Below are positions 50,353 to 63,361 of a DNA stretch of 64,000 nucleotides, piece after piece. The stretch covers positions 54,374,001 to 54,438,000 of the forward strand of contig NC_043010.1 in the NCBI RefSeq assembly GCF_006345805.1, written 5' to 3'. The stretch's first letter is position 1, and each line of letters opens with the position of its first letter. The translations under genes and the position numbers were made by a program. Origin of the DNA: Octopus sinensis. Lineage: Eukaryota. The notes beneath the pieces were generated by a model that saw only the letters and a list, made by a program, of their open reading frames with translations, was not told where the DNA came from and did no database searches.

Positions 50353-50471
50353 TTTAAAACATTCTGATGTTTCGCAGGCCGCTCGCGGGAGCCCGACACC
50401 CACCGGGTTTGCAATGTGGCATCCAAAGTCTGAACGAGTCTGGCTCCTTTTAAGGGCCTGCCAATCTTGAA
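50353..50471 (-). ncRNA. decayed hammerhead-like fold with a GC-rich 74-nt stem II insert
   Basis: Stem II GCAGGCC/GGCCTGC (7 bp), GAAA, stem III ACAT[CAGA]ATGT, GUU triplet; the CUGAnGA core is replaced by GATTG. Confidence 0.4.
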
Positions 50472-51891
50472 GAAGCGCAAGACCGAATGAAATTTTTTTT
50501 AAATAATTTATACATGTGTGTGTGTGTGTGTGTGTGTGTGAATTTGTGTGTGAAAGAAATAATGATGTGAAAAAAGATAAGTTTTATACATAAATATATT
50601 AAATAAAATAGATTCAATTTAACGTACCAGGTAAATATTTTTATTATATATTTATTTACATGAGAGTAAAATCATAAATACTTTTCGTAATAACACTCAT
50701 AAATATTTTCACAGATGTCTGCTGTAGAAATATTTCTATATGTTTTTATGTTTTTCACACGTACACCGCAGACAAAAGAGAGATAAGAAGAAAAGCAAAG
50801 AGAAACAGACAGAGGGTGTGAGTGAATTGTTGAGAGATAGGGGGAAAGAGAGAATGACAAAATCATATATTAATGAAAAGTTTTCCCAGAGAATTTTTAC
50901 GTTTCATTTTTTTTTTTATTTAACTACATAAAATTTTATTGCATGTTGCGGTAAAAAAATGTCTTGCTTACTGACCGGAAACAGATTTCGCTGTTCTCCA
51001 GCGTATGAAGACTGTGTTCTTCAAGACACTTAAGCCGTGTGGCAAAGTAGATGTGCAATTACTTTTAAATAGGTATGCTACTTATATTATTTCCAAGGCT
51101 CTCATGCTCCTCGAAGAAGTTTACATGCTTGATAAATATGTTCAGAAGGTAATATTTCTACTTATACAGAATAAAAGGTAGTATTAGAATACCATTAAAA
51201 AAAAACGGATAGAACCATAAAATAACAGATTTCTCTTTTTATAAGAAAGCCGTTTCCTCTTCTGAAAACGTCTATTCATTCCTTTTCACACACACACACA
51301 CACACATATTATATATATATATCTACTAGACTACCCATGACCGAATGGGTCACTGGCGGTTCAGGTCATAAAAAAATTGAAGCTGGTTTCAACATTACAT
51401 TGGAATAAAATCAATTTTTTGATGATTCAGTTAAATGTTTCAATTCGTTCGTGTCATCATGGGTCTGGTTCATGTTTAAGTTCATGTTTAAGGTTTCATT
51501 AATTATTTACATCAACTTAATAGAAATAGAGCTTCCGGGATAAACCTGAACACCAGTAGCAGCTTTTATTTATGGCATATACGCCATAAATTGTCATATA
51601 ACGTAAACATAAAATTAATGCAAACAATTTTCACAGTATTATATATTCCCTTTTCTGCATTATGTTACTTAGGGAATATTTTCCCATTATGCGCCGTTTT
51701 GGCTATTTATGTAGGTACCCAAAAAAACAAATAAATTTATAATTAAAGTTGTACATGGAAAGACTGCAAAACTTTAGAGAAGTAATTGTATGATACCGAA
51801 CGAGTTTCAGAATACAAAATTTAACCTCAGAAATATTTCCCAATGATCGAAGTAATCAACAAATTAGATCGATTAGTGTACTATATATATA

Positions 51892-52055
51892 CGCAGGAGT
51901 TGCTAGGTGGTAAGTAGCTTGTTTACCAACTACATGGTTCCGGGTTCAGTCTCACTACGTGGCACCTTGGGCAAGTGTCTTCTACTATAGCCTCGGGACT
52001 ACCAAAGCCTTGTGAGTGGATTTGGTAGATGGAAACTAAAAATAAGCCCGTCGTA

Positions 52056-52098
<43 letters not shown>

Positions 52099-52319
52099 GT
52101 ATGTATGCATATGTGTGTTTGTGTGTCTGTGTTTGTCCCCCTAGCATTGCTTAACAACCGATGCTGGTGTGTTTATGTCCCCGTTACTTAGCGATTCGGC
52201 AAAAGAGACCGATAGAATAAGTACTGGGCTTACAAAAGAATAAGGCCCGGGTCGAGTTGCTCGATTAAAGGCGGTGCTCCAGCATGGCTGCAGTCAAATG
52301 ACTGAAACAAGTAAAAAAA
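51892..52319 (+). mobile_element. group C SINE, full length
   Basis: Co-linear with the reverse complement of 4266-4667. Confidence 0.9.
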
Positions 52320-52539
52320 CAAAATTACGGTACAGGGGTGCGATATCGGTACAATGTGGGGAGAGGCTTTCGATGAAAAATGTTTTGCTAACAGATATTC
52401 TGAAGTGGAGTGTAGGAAAATGTAAGCGCTCAAGACTCCGGTTGAACGAAGTCATTACTTGTGATAAGCATTAAATTGAATGTTACCCTTGTATAGCGGA
52501 AGACTTCTACCCTCACATAGCATTCCAAGAACCTATACT

Positions 52540-52962
52540 CTTTACTATTTTACTTGTTTGAGTCATTTGACTGCGGCCATGCTGGAGCCCCGCCTTTAGT
52601 CGAGCAAATGGACCCCGGGACTTATTCTTTGTAAGCCCAGTACTTATTCTATCGGATCTCTTTTGCTGAACCGCTAAGTGACGCGGACGTAAACACACCA
52701 GCATCGGTTGTCAAGTGATGCTAGAGGGACAAACACAGACACAAAAACATATACACACACATACATACATATATTTATATATATATATATATATATATAT
52801 ACGACAGGCTTCTTTCAGTTTCCGTCTACCAAATCCACTCACAAGACATTGGTCGGCCCGGCGCTATAGCAGAAGACACGTGTCCAAGATTCCACGCAGT
52901 GGGACTGAACCCGGAACCATGTGGTTGGTAAGCAAACTACTTGCCACACAGCCACTCCTGCG
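52540..52962 (-). mobile_element. group C SINE, full length, inverted relative to 51892-52319
   Basis: Same family, opposite orientation, about 220 bp away. Confidence 0.9.
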
Positions 52963-53269
52963 TGCCGGGCATTTTTATATTGTTTTCAGTAGGAAATCAT
53001 ATGCTGTATAGTGACGAAGCTAAAACATGCAGTGTAAAGCAGCTTGGTTAAGGTTGACCTTGTGGTCTATTGTGCATGCGCACTAAGATTTAACGTTCTA
53101 GGTCACTTCCCCTGTAAACAGCGGACGTGAGCTAAAACGTTAAAACTTACTGCGCCCGAACAACAGAATTCCAAGCCCAGTGGCTTTACTTTTCGTTATT
53201 TAACTTCGTTACTATGATAGCAGTCCGGATACCTATTGATCAGATCTCGTATATATGGGTGCGTATGCA

Positions 53270-53358
53270 TCTCTACTACTACTACTACTACACTACTACT
53301 ACTAATACTACTACTACTGCGGCTGCTGCTGCTGCTACTACTACTGCTACTTCTACTT

Positions 53359-53389
<31 letters not shown>

Positions 53390-53442
53390 TACTACTACTA
53401 CTTCTACTACTATTACTACTACTACTATTACCACTACTACTT

Positions 53443-53473
<31 letters not shown>

Positions 53474-53538
53474 TACTACTACTACTTCTACTACTATTAC
53501 TACTACTACTATTACCACTACTACTGCGGCTGCTGCTG

Positions 53539-53572
<34 letters not shown>

Positions 53573-53625
53573 AACTACTGTTTCTGCTGCTACTGCTGCT
53601 CCTGCTACTACTACTACTATTACTA
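53270..53625. repeat. compound (CTA)n/(CTG)n trinucleotide array
   Basis: Directly visible; explains four overlapping poly-S, poly-T, poly-L and poly-V ORFs. Confidence 0.97.
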
Positions 53626-53929
53626 CACACTCACGCACGTAATGTATCTTGTTTGCATAAAGAAATGTATGATGCTAAGTGTAGAGCTTCACCTTGATTA
53701 TTCCAATCCAATCTACTTCGATTACTTCTTTGTAACTTAATGCATTCGAAGAGTTCCCCGTTGATCTGTTCTGTTTAAGGCACAAAATGCACTATGGGCA
53801 CCCAAAAAGGGTCCGAAGTAAGCATAGTATCATTCTAGATGTACCTAGATTTGATTGATATCATAAAAAGCATAGATTTGTTTGTTTCTTAAAAAAGGAC
53901 ATGTGTTCCTACATATTAACGCTCCGGTC

Positions 53930-54165
53930 TGGAGGCGCGTGGTTTAGTTGTTAGGTGTTGCATGCATAATGGTAATATTGTAGTTTCGATTCCTGGACTT
54001 GGTGGCACGATGTGATTTCTTAGAAAAACACCTCATTTTAAGAAGCTCTATTTCACACAACAGTCGAAACTGAGTAACCCTGCGATGGCCCGGAATCCGG
54101 TCACGAGGCGGGATACAAAATCCATGGAATCCGAGAAACCGGTTTTATGAGCCTACGCCTCGGTA
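53930..54165 (+). mobile_element. older tRNA SINE related to 36654-36875
   Basis: tggaggcgcgtggtttagttgttagg...tttcgattcctggac...ccctgcgatggcccgg. Confidence 0.7.
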
Positions 54166-54645
54166 GGAACAATTCATTCTTTTCTCAATTTTTCGTTGAG
54201 TATTTTTTTTTTTTGACTTGTATATGAATACTTGCTGAATGTCCGACTGAAATAGCATTTGTTGTCTTACAAAAGATGTGCAAGGTATAATGCAGTTATG
54301 CAAGTTACCATATGATAATTAGAAAAAGCAATACCTAATGCATTTTTAACGTAGTTCTTCCTCAATCAATATTTTTGTATGGTATATTCTCATTTTATCT
54401 AAAAATTAAATTTTTCTGACTAAAGACGACCGATAATCACTGTGTATTACTGTGATTCTATTCATTATGAAAATATTGTTAAATTACGTCTATGTTGTTA
54501 TACATTTTGAATTGCTATATTTTAATGGAGTATACATACGCACATGTATACTTACATGCATATGTAAGTATATATACATGTATGTATATCCATATATATA
54601 AATAGACACATAAATATGTATATATATAAATGAATATGTATATAT

Positions 54646-54790
54646 AGGCGCAAGAGTGGCTGTGTGGTAAGTAGCTTGCTTACCAACCACATGGTTCCGT
54701 GGCGCTTTTGTCTTGTACTATAGCGCCGGGTCGATCAAATCTTTGTTGGTGGATTTGGTACAGGGAATCTGAAAGGAGCCCATCGTATAT
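54646..54790 (+). mobile_element. group C SINE head part
   Basis: aggcgcaagagtggctgtgtggtaagtagcttgcttaccaaccacatggttcc. Confidence 0.8.
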
Positions 54791-55191
54791 ATGTATATGT
54801 ATATATATATATAGGAATAGTTCAATACTGAATTTTTATTCCGACTAGACAATTTGTAACCAAAATGCATTGCGAATAAGCCCGCCATTTTCATAGATAT
54901 GTAGAGATAAACATTCGTACATGCTACGACGATTCTACGGTTGGCTATCGAGCTTGTAATGTTATGTTTTTCTCTTATATTTCTTGAGTTTGTTGCACTG
55001 ATGAACATGAAATGCATATTCTGCATTAAATGCGAAATCACATGTGATATGTAACTGAATTCCTTTTTAAAATGATGTGTTTTAAAGTAATGCATTCGGT
55101 AAAATTTTGTTTATTTTTAGTAATTTTGACCGCATTGGTCCCTCTTAGCGTGTTGGTATCTACGAACAGTAGTACCCTCAATATAATATTA

Positions 55192-55231
<40 letters not shown>

Positions 55232-55314
55232 GTGTGTGTGGTGTGTGGTGTGTGTGTGTGTGTGTGTGTGTTGTGTGTGTGTGTATGCGTGTGTGTGTTT
55301 TGTGTGTGTGTGTG

Positions 55315-55520
55315 TTTCAGTGTCTGTGTTTGTCCCCCAACATCGCTCGACAACAGATGCTGGTGTGTTTACGTCCCCGTAACCTAGCGGTTCGGAAAAA
55401 GACCGATAGAATAAGTACTAGGCTTGCCAAGAATAAGTCCTGGAGTCGATTTGATCGACTAAAGTCGGTGGTCCAGCATGTCCGCAGTCAAATGCCTGAA
55501 ACAAGTAAAAGAGTAAAAGA
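55315..55520 (+). mobile_element. group C SINE 3' half
   Basis: gtctgtgtttgtcccccaacatcgc...gcagtcaaatgcctgaaacaagtaaaagag. Confidence 0.85.
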
Positions 55521-55527
55521 GTTATAC

Positions 55528-55570
<43 letters not shown>

Positions 55571-55669
55571 GATAGATAGATAGATAGATAGATATATATA
55601 TGTATAAATATATATATATGTGTATATATATGTATATATAATATATGTGTGTGTGTGTATATATATATT

Positions 55670-55751
<82 letters not shown>

Positions 55752-55764
55752 ATATGTATATATT

Positions 55765-56027
55765 AATAGAAAATATAAAATAACTAAGTCTCTCTAAAAG
55801 AGAACAACGGCAGCGTTCCCGGAAAATAATAGTTATCGCCATACTAATATGGCATTCTTATAAAAATAAGAAAAAAGCTGTCCGCTTATTAGCTCATGAG
55901 GCCATCGCCTTAAGTTAGCTATTGATACAAAACTGTATCCATATAACCTTCGAACAAGGAGCTAATAAGCGGACAGCTTTTTTCTTATTTTTATAAGAAT
56001 GCCATATTAGTATGGCGATAACTATTA
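55765..56027. mobile_element. foldback element in (TA)n with perfect 69-bp arms
   Basis: 55827-55895 is the exact reverse complement of 55959-56027; 63-nt spacer. Confidence 0.85.
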
Positions 56028-56032
56028 CTTTT

Positions 56033-56070
<38 letters not shown>

Positions 56071-56512
56071 TATACGTATGTGTGCGTGTTTGTATGAGTA
56101 TGTGTGGGTATGCATGTATGTGAGTAATTGTGTGAATGAATGTTTGGGTGTATGTCTGACACAACACTAACAGCTATCTTCAAAAGGATCTCCATTCAAT
56201 ACATTCAATAGCCTTGTGTTCATTGATTTCCAATAATATGTAAAAACAACCACACAATATATTGCAAAAATCTGTTAAAAGTATCAGATATATATATATT
56301 TTTTGAAACTTCGTACATTTAATTATAAAGGAGAATAGATTTTAATCTATTTCAGTTGGTAGGAATCGTAAAATCTGTAAATGTCACTTCACAACACAGA
56401 ATCTAGTTATCTTATGTTAGCATTTAGAAGAAATTAATGCGCGTACATGTGAGTGCGATGAAAAATGCTAAACTGACACAAATATATATAATATATATAT
56501 ATAATATATATA

Positions 56513-56564
<52 letters not shown>

Positions 56565-56634
56565 AAGGTATGGCATTATTAAAATACTATCACGTGTGGA
56601 AAGCGATATGTATATATATATATATATTATATAT

Positions 56635-56841
56635 TACTCTCTTGTAGTCTTTTAATTGTTTCGGTCATTTGACTGCGACCCTGCTGGAGTACCGCCTTTA
56701 GTCTAGCAAATGGAGACCATGACTTATTCTTTGTAAGCCTAGTACTTATTCTATTGATCTTTTTTGCCGAAGCGCTAGGATCGGTTGTCAAGTAAAGCTA
56801 TGGGGACAAACACGGACCCACAAACATACACACACACACAC

Positions 56842-56881
<40 letters not shown>

Positions 56882-57055
56882 TACATATATACTACGGGCT
56901 TCTTTCAGTTTCCGTCTACTAAATCCACTCAGAAGCCTTTGGTCGGCCCGAGGCTATAGTAGAAGACACTTGCTCAAGGTGCCACGCAGTGGGACTGAAC
57001 CCGGAAACATGTGGTTGGTAAGCAAGTTACTCATCACACATCCTCTCCTGCGCCT
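56635..57055 (-). mobile_element. group C SINE, full length
   Basis: Co-linear with 4266-4667. Confidence 0.88.
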
Positions 57056-57601
57056 ATATATATATATATATATATATATATGGTATAGAGGGCATTATTA
57101 CACATAAATGCCTCACGCTAAGAGGGACATAAGTCATTACTACCGAAATTTAACTAATCATACCTAATGCAGTTCCCGAAGCAAGACTATTAAAAAAACT
57201 GAATTTAGTTCTATATCACCTGTGATTTCAGAATTAACGCATCAAATATGTCTTTTGTTCATCAGTAGAACAGATTCTGAACACATCATAAATAAACAAC
57301 CAACATACTTAGCGAAGCCAAACATATATATACGAGTCATGTATGTGATTGATTGCCTGTAGGTGCGTTCGCAGATGAGGGAGCATGCAGGCGTAGGTGA
57401 GAGCTTACCATCGGTGTGTCCAAGGTCATTAGACTGCAGCCATGCTGCAGCACAGCCTTGAAAGTTTTCACACAAACAAATCGATCGCAGTTAGTTTTCT
57501 TTTGCTAAAGCCTGGTACTTAATCTATCCGCCACTTGCTGCCTCGGTACGGAAACTTAAATAACTAATCAACGATTATCATGCGATATTGAGAACAAGCA
57601 C

Positions 57602-57649
<48 letters not shown>

Positions 57650-57944
57650 ATATATCAATTGGTTCTGCTTATGTCGACTGTAGTTCTCCTTTCTTAGCTC
57701 CGTCAATTCCAGCGTATGATCGGCTAGCATTCTAAATTACAGGAAGATTGACAAGTTAATTAATTAATCGAATAACAATATTGCCATTTATCAATCCGTT
57801 ATAAAATTAACGACGATTATTTAAAGATAAAATCTACACTACAACTCCAATCTCATACTAACATTAGTCATATACGGCATACGGCAAATACAAACATGCG
57901 GTGTACTGACCACACTGCAGTATATTTTAAATAAATTGTTTGTT

Positions 57945-58232
57945 CTTTCTCGAGCCATGCATGGCTCATAAGGGCCGGGCTCCTGGTTTCCTTCGCGAAT
58001 ACGTCCCCACCTGGACGGAACGCCGGTCCGTCGCACCTGGCTGCATGATGCAGGTGAAACGAGTGAGAGAAAGTTGTAGCGAATGAGTCAGAAGTTCGCC
58101 ATTACTTTCTGCCAGAGCCGCGTGGAACTTAGGTGTTTCATCATAAACACACACATCAGCCGGTCTGAGATTGAAACCCGCGATCCCTTGACGGCGAATC
58201 CGCTGCTCTAACCTCTAGGCTATGTGCCTTCA
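57945..58232 (-). mobile_element. group B SINE with V-like tail, diverged
   Basis: ctggacggaacgccggtccgtcgca...ttgaaacccgcgatcc. Confidence 0.75.
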
Positions 58233-58649
58233 CTATGTTTTAAATAAATATTCATAATTATTTATTGATGCCTTCTTCTTTTCTCTTAGTCATGTTAACG
58301 ATTAGTTAACATGTATTCTATTGATTTGGAAACATATCAATTTACTTTTAATCTCAGAGTATTCAAGTATTTTTCATTTGAAGTATTTTTAATCCAAGAA
58401 TATTGCTCGTCTTTTACTCGAAAGGAAACGCCAGTGACACGATCAAATTAAGTCGCTTTTTGGTTTAGTTCGTCCAATCAAATAACACTTTGTTGACCAA
58501 CACACTCTCTGTATTCAATAAACATATATGTATCTGTAAAGCATATTCAATCAAGGAAATGTCCGGGTCAGTAATGAATATCCATCATATGCATATTTGT
58601 GTGTGTGCGTGTTTCTGTATGCGTATACGTATTCGGATTTCTAAATGTA

Positions 58650-59199
58650 TTGGGTTGCCCGGAAAGTTCGTGCCGATTTATAGTAGATTAAATTTCGACT
58701 TATTTTAGAACATGTTTCAGTCCATAAAATTGGATTTGTCTACACCTCCATTTAGAAATCAGTTTAAGCTATCTTTTCGTGGAAGAAGATTTATACTCCT
58801 ATAACCTGTGTTAATTTTGTAACCCTTTAAAATGGAAGATAAGAAAGTTCATTTTCGGCACTTGATGCTTTTCTTTTTTCGTAAAGGCGAAAAATGCCTC
58901 ACAAGCAACCAAAGAAATATGCGCAGGGTACGGTGATGTTTCTTTATCCGAAAGAACTGTACGGAAGTGGTTCGCAAGGTTCCGAGCTAGATATCGTAGC
59001 CTTATTGATAAAGAGCGATCAGATGATGACCAAATCAGGTCATTAATCGAGAATAACCCATATTGCACAAACCGAGAAATGGCAGAAACCTATCAAAATC
59101 CATCGTTCATGAGTTCCTGATAAAGCTTGGGTAATGGCAAGTATTTATTTACCTTTGTCTTCCCTTTAAAAATCGGCACGAACTTTCCGGACAAGCCAG
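58650..59199 (+). mobile_element. internally deleted mariner (mellifera-subfamily-like) with both TIRs
   Basis: TA|ttgggttgcccggaaagttcgtgccgattt ... aaatcggcacgaactttccggacaagccag|TA; from ATG 58832, MEDKKVHFRHLMLFFFRKGE/NASQATKEICAGYGDVSLSERTVRKWFARFR (one frameshift). Confidence 0.92.
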
Positions 59200-59319
59200 T
59201 ATAAGGTATATCTAATGGAAGGAGTATTCCTGCTGCGTTATAGCATATGATAACCGACAACCGCACAGGAACTTTCAAAATACACGTTATAAGGATAATT
59301 TTTATTTATTTATGCGCCC

Positions 59320-59590
59320 TTTTCAAGCTTAGCCAGGCTCATGGGCCCGGTTTCCCGGTTTCTGTGGTGTATGTGTTCCCACCAGCTGGAAGGGACGCCA
59401 GTCCATCGCAGCGTTACCAAAGAAAGAAGTAGAAAGAGTGAGAGAAAGTTGGGGCGAAAAAGTACAACAGGGGTCACCACCACCCACTGCCGGAACCTCG
59501 TGGAGCTTTAGGTGTTTTCGGTCTGGGAATCGAAACCGTGATTATCCGACCGCGAGTCCGCTGCCCTAACCAGTGGGCCATTCCGCCTCC
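59320..59590 (-). mobile_element. group B SINE with V-like tail
   Basis: Co-linear with 606-898. Confidence 0.85.
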
Positions 59591-60413
59591 ATAGGGATAA
59601 TGCCCAGATGATATTAAATATGCATATATATATACTTATATACATGCATACACACACAAACGTATTTATATAATATATAAGAATTGATTCATTGTGTTTG
59701 AACAATTGACCACTGCTAATATTTTCCTTCGATGTGTCAGTTTTGTTTATTTAAAATATATGATGAATTGCGTTTTAAAAAGCAAGTATCTTTATGACTT
59801 CATCAGTCTTATCTAATTATTTATCACTAGAGGATAATGCAATTTAGTTATATTTGAATTATTGATTTTTGAATAAACTTTACTATTTTCCAGATACACA
59901 TTTGCATTTTTCTTTCTTTGTATATCTCTTTTACCTTTTGTATTACTGTATTGCCCTCGCATTTTTCTTGCATTTCTCATATTCTACAGCCCACAATATT
60001 TATTCTCTTTTTTTAAATACATTTATTAATTCCATGCTGCTTATTCTCTTATTCCTTTGTTTATGATGAATGTGAAAAATATGAATAAAATATTCTACCG
60101 CAGATCATTTTACTATAGAAGTGAATTATTTATATGGTTCTATGTATTTGTATTTAGTTTATATATGGTATTATTGAAAACATATTAATCGACTTCAAAA
60201 TTATTCTTTTATGTAACGTATGTTAATGATTCTTTCAATATATGTATATAACTTGCATGATAAATTTAGACAAACATCGCTCCCACATTTTCTAATTTGC
60301 TCAGCGTTTTCCCCAGAGTGAACTGACTGCGGGCACATGTTGTTTTAGGTTGCGAACGATTGTGTAATTAATGATGTCAACAATAATATAACGAGATTTA
60401 ATATTTATAATAT

Positions 60414-60867
60414 CGTTAAAAATGCGAGGCGGTAGAAATGTTAGCGCGCCAGGCGAAAAGCTCAGCGATATGAAAGGCGGTGAGCTGGCAGAACCGTTAG
60501 GACGCCGGGCGAAATGCTTAGCGGTATTTCATCTGCGTTACGTTGTGAGTGCAAATTCCGCCGAGGTCGACTTTGCCTTTCATCCTTTCGGGGTCGATAA
60601 ATTAAGTACCAGTTATGAACTGGGGTGTATGTAATCGACTTAATACCTATGTCTGTCCTTGTTTGTTGCCTCTGTGTTTAGCCCCTTGTGGGTAATAAAG
60701 AAATAGGTATTTCGTCTGTCTTTACGTTCAAATTCGAACGAGGACGATTTTGCATTTCATCCTTTTGGGGACCGATAAATTAAGTACCAGTTTCGTACTG
60801 TGTTCGATCTAATCAACTGGCCTCCTCCTCCACAAAAATTACGTGCGTTGTGCCTAGTGGAGAAAAG
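60414..60867 (+). mobile_element. dimeric group A SINE with an extra head fragment and a 14-bp TSD
   Basis: aatatttataatat at 60400-60413 and 60868-60881; two bodies, the second with the alternative tail. Confidence 0.88.
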
Positions 60868-61415
60868 AATATTTATAATATATTTAAGGCAGCGGGGTGG
60901 CAGGACCGTTACCGTACAGGAAAAATGTGCTTAGCGGTGTTTCTCGGTATTTACGTTCTGTGTTTAATTGCCGCCGATGTAAAATTTGCAATTCATACTT
61001 ACGCGTCAATAAAATAAACGACAGTTGTTCACTAACGTCGATATAATCTATTTGCTGAGATTGTACCAAAATTTGAAACCAATATTTAAAAGATATTTAA
61101 GCTGCTATGATTCTGTTTATTTCTAATTCGTATGATCTTATTAGTACATCTTCCATTGTTCACCTACTAGATGGTTCGTGGGCTTCAATATGAAGTGTAT
61201 GATTACCACCTGATTGAATTCAATCCTCTATTTTATGTGAACTGTAGTATAACGTCCTCTTAATGATTTATTGTTGTAAATATCTTGTCGGATTTCTCTA
61301 TATCAAGTATCAGCTTCAGTTATGAAACCGGATGATTTAGAAAAATAGAGAGGAAAATAATGTTCCTCACATATTTAGGACCCACAGGAAATATGCTGTG
61401 ATAAAAGGTATTATA

Positions 61416-61647
61416 TAGACATACTGGAATGTTTACCGGTTGATGTCTGTCAATTTTGTATCTTCTCCACTTTCTAATTTGCCGTATAAATCAAGGGTAA
61501 AGCACTTTTTATTCCCGCTCGTATATAACACTCAGTTGCGAGATTCCCACGCAATAACAGGCATTTGGATTTGAATATTTGGGTACACGATACCAACAGT
61601 AGTACTATCCCTCAGATGGTTGCTCAATCTCTAACTCACACAGAAAT
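61416..61647 (+). mobile_element. family E repeat
   Basis: Co-linear with about 24620-24870; ends ctctaactcacacagaaa followed by (TA)n. Confidence 0.75.
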
Positions 61648-61735
61648 ATATAAATATACGCATATATATATATAATATATATATTATATACGCATTTATA
61701 TATATACGCATATATATATTATATATATTATATAT

Positions 61736-61768
<33 letters not shown>

Positions 61769-61799
61769 CTATATATACGCATTTATATATATATACGCA

Positions 61800-61980
61800 T
61801 TTTTTTTCTTTCCTTGTTTCTCTCCGTGTTTCTTTTCTGTGTATCTTTCTGCTGAAGAGCGTAGGCTCGAAACGTAAAAGACTTGTTTAATTTCTATTCC
61901 TGAGCGCCATACTAATACAATTGTTTGTTTGTACTCCACCTGCCTTCGTCTTTTGTTTATTTTCGTAAAGCTTCCCGTTA
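61800..61980 (+). mobile_element. family D element with a minimal hammerhead-like motif (61844-61881)
   Basis: tcttt-CTGCTGA-a-gagc[gtag]gctc-GAAA-cg-TA-aaaga; TA repeats on both sides. Confidence 0.7.
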
Positions 61981-63322
61981 TATATATATGATGGATTCTT
62001 TGGTCGTGAAGGAAAGACAAATTAGGCTTCTCAAAAATAAGACCTCAATCATGTTTATGGACACGAATGTGTCTTTTGAAGCTTTGCAAATCATTTGGTA
62101 AATGGAACAAGTTTAGGACTCAGTTTGCTTTAGTGCTTGTGGATCATTTACTGTGCTTCATGTATGTTGTATATGTATACGTATAATATACATTGCACAC
62201 ACACGCGTACATACATAATTACACACACACATATGCGTATAAATATATATGTGAGTATGTATACGTGAGTGATTGTGCAAAACGTGTTAGGTTAAGGGAT
62301 AGAAATCGTTTATAGAATGATATATTTCGAAGCGCGGTTCTTTATTATTATATATCTAGACATTATTACATACTGAATGTTCACCTCTGAAATAAGATAT
62401 TAGTATGAAATAAACACAAAACTGTATTTCTATTTTTATAGGGGACAGTCTTAATATCAACCCTGCAAATGTACTAACGAAATTATACGTTATCTCCAAT
62501 TGTAACATTTTCTCTTTGATATATTTTTCTTCTTCCGAAAGTTTGTTTTATTCTCAACAATACTTTACATATAGCATCGATGAAGCTTCGTATGCGTAAA
62601 TTATTTATATAGCATGGCGCAAAGTAAAATTCAGTAATAATCAGTCACAGGTAATAAAGGGTTAACACCCTCAGGGTGGTACTTATTATATTTTTTCGAA
62701 ATATTATTATATATTGCATTGAAGTAGAAAGATACACACAAACGCGACCACACGTCATATATATATATATATATGTATGTATATATGTATGTATGTATTT
62801 ATGTATATGTATATGTATCTGCATATTATCGGGCGAAACAGAACTAGTAAAATATACAGATGAAGAGAAAAGAGTAAAAGAGCGAAAATTATTACTGTAT
62901 AAAGACAGTTTGTTATGAATAAATAAATACCTTGGCAGTTTCCCAAGACACACAAGAAAGAAAATAATGGAAAAGAACAAAAGATGAAAAGTAGAAAGTA
63001 ATATACGGAGAATGCAAAGAAAATGTATATGTCAATGAATTTGTAGTCTATCTGAATATAGAATGTATAGCTGTGTAAACAGAGAGTCAATTTTTAACCT
63101 GCTACACCATAATTTCGCTATCAACGCATTAGAAAGTAATTTTTTCGTGAAGAAATTTATAGTTGTAAATAGACTGCAATTATACGTGTTGAACAAGCCA
63201 TTTCGAAACTGCAACACTATATCTACGAAATCCATTTCCTCTTCACCATTTTATATAAATACATAGATATAAATATGTATATGTGCATACCTATGTATAT
63301 GTATACACGCACACACATACCT

Positions 63323-63361
<39 letters not shown>

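Noticed and set aside
53040-53200. Minus-strand donor gca|gtaagt at 53150/53151 with a nearby tgcatgcgca motif, as a possible first exon
   Set aside because: A single splice signal without supporting acceptor, start or conservation evidence.
53196-53697. Four overlapping 116-153 aa ORFs, mucin-like in appearance
   Set aside because: A (CTA)n/(CTG)n array is open in several frames on both strands, with no splice or start context.
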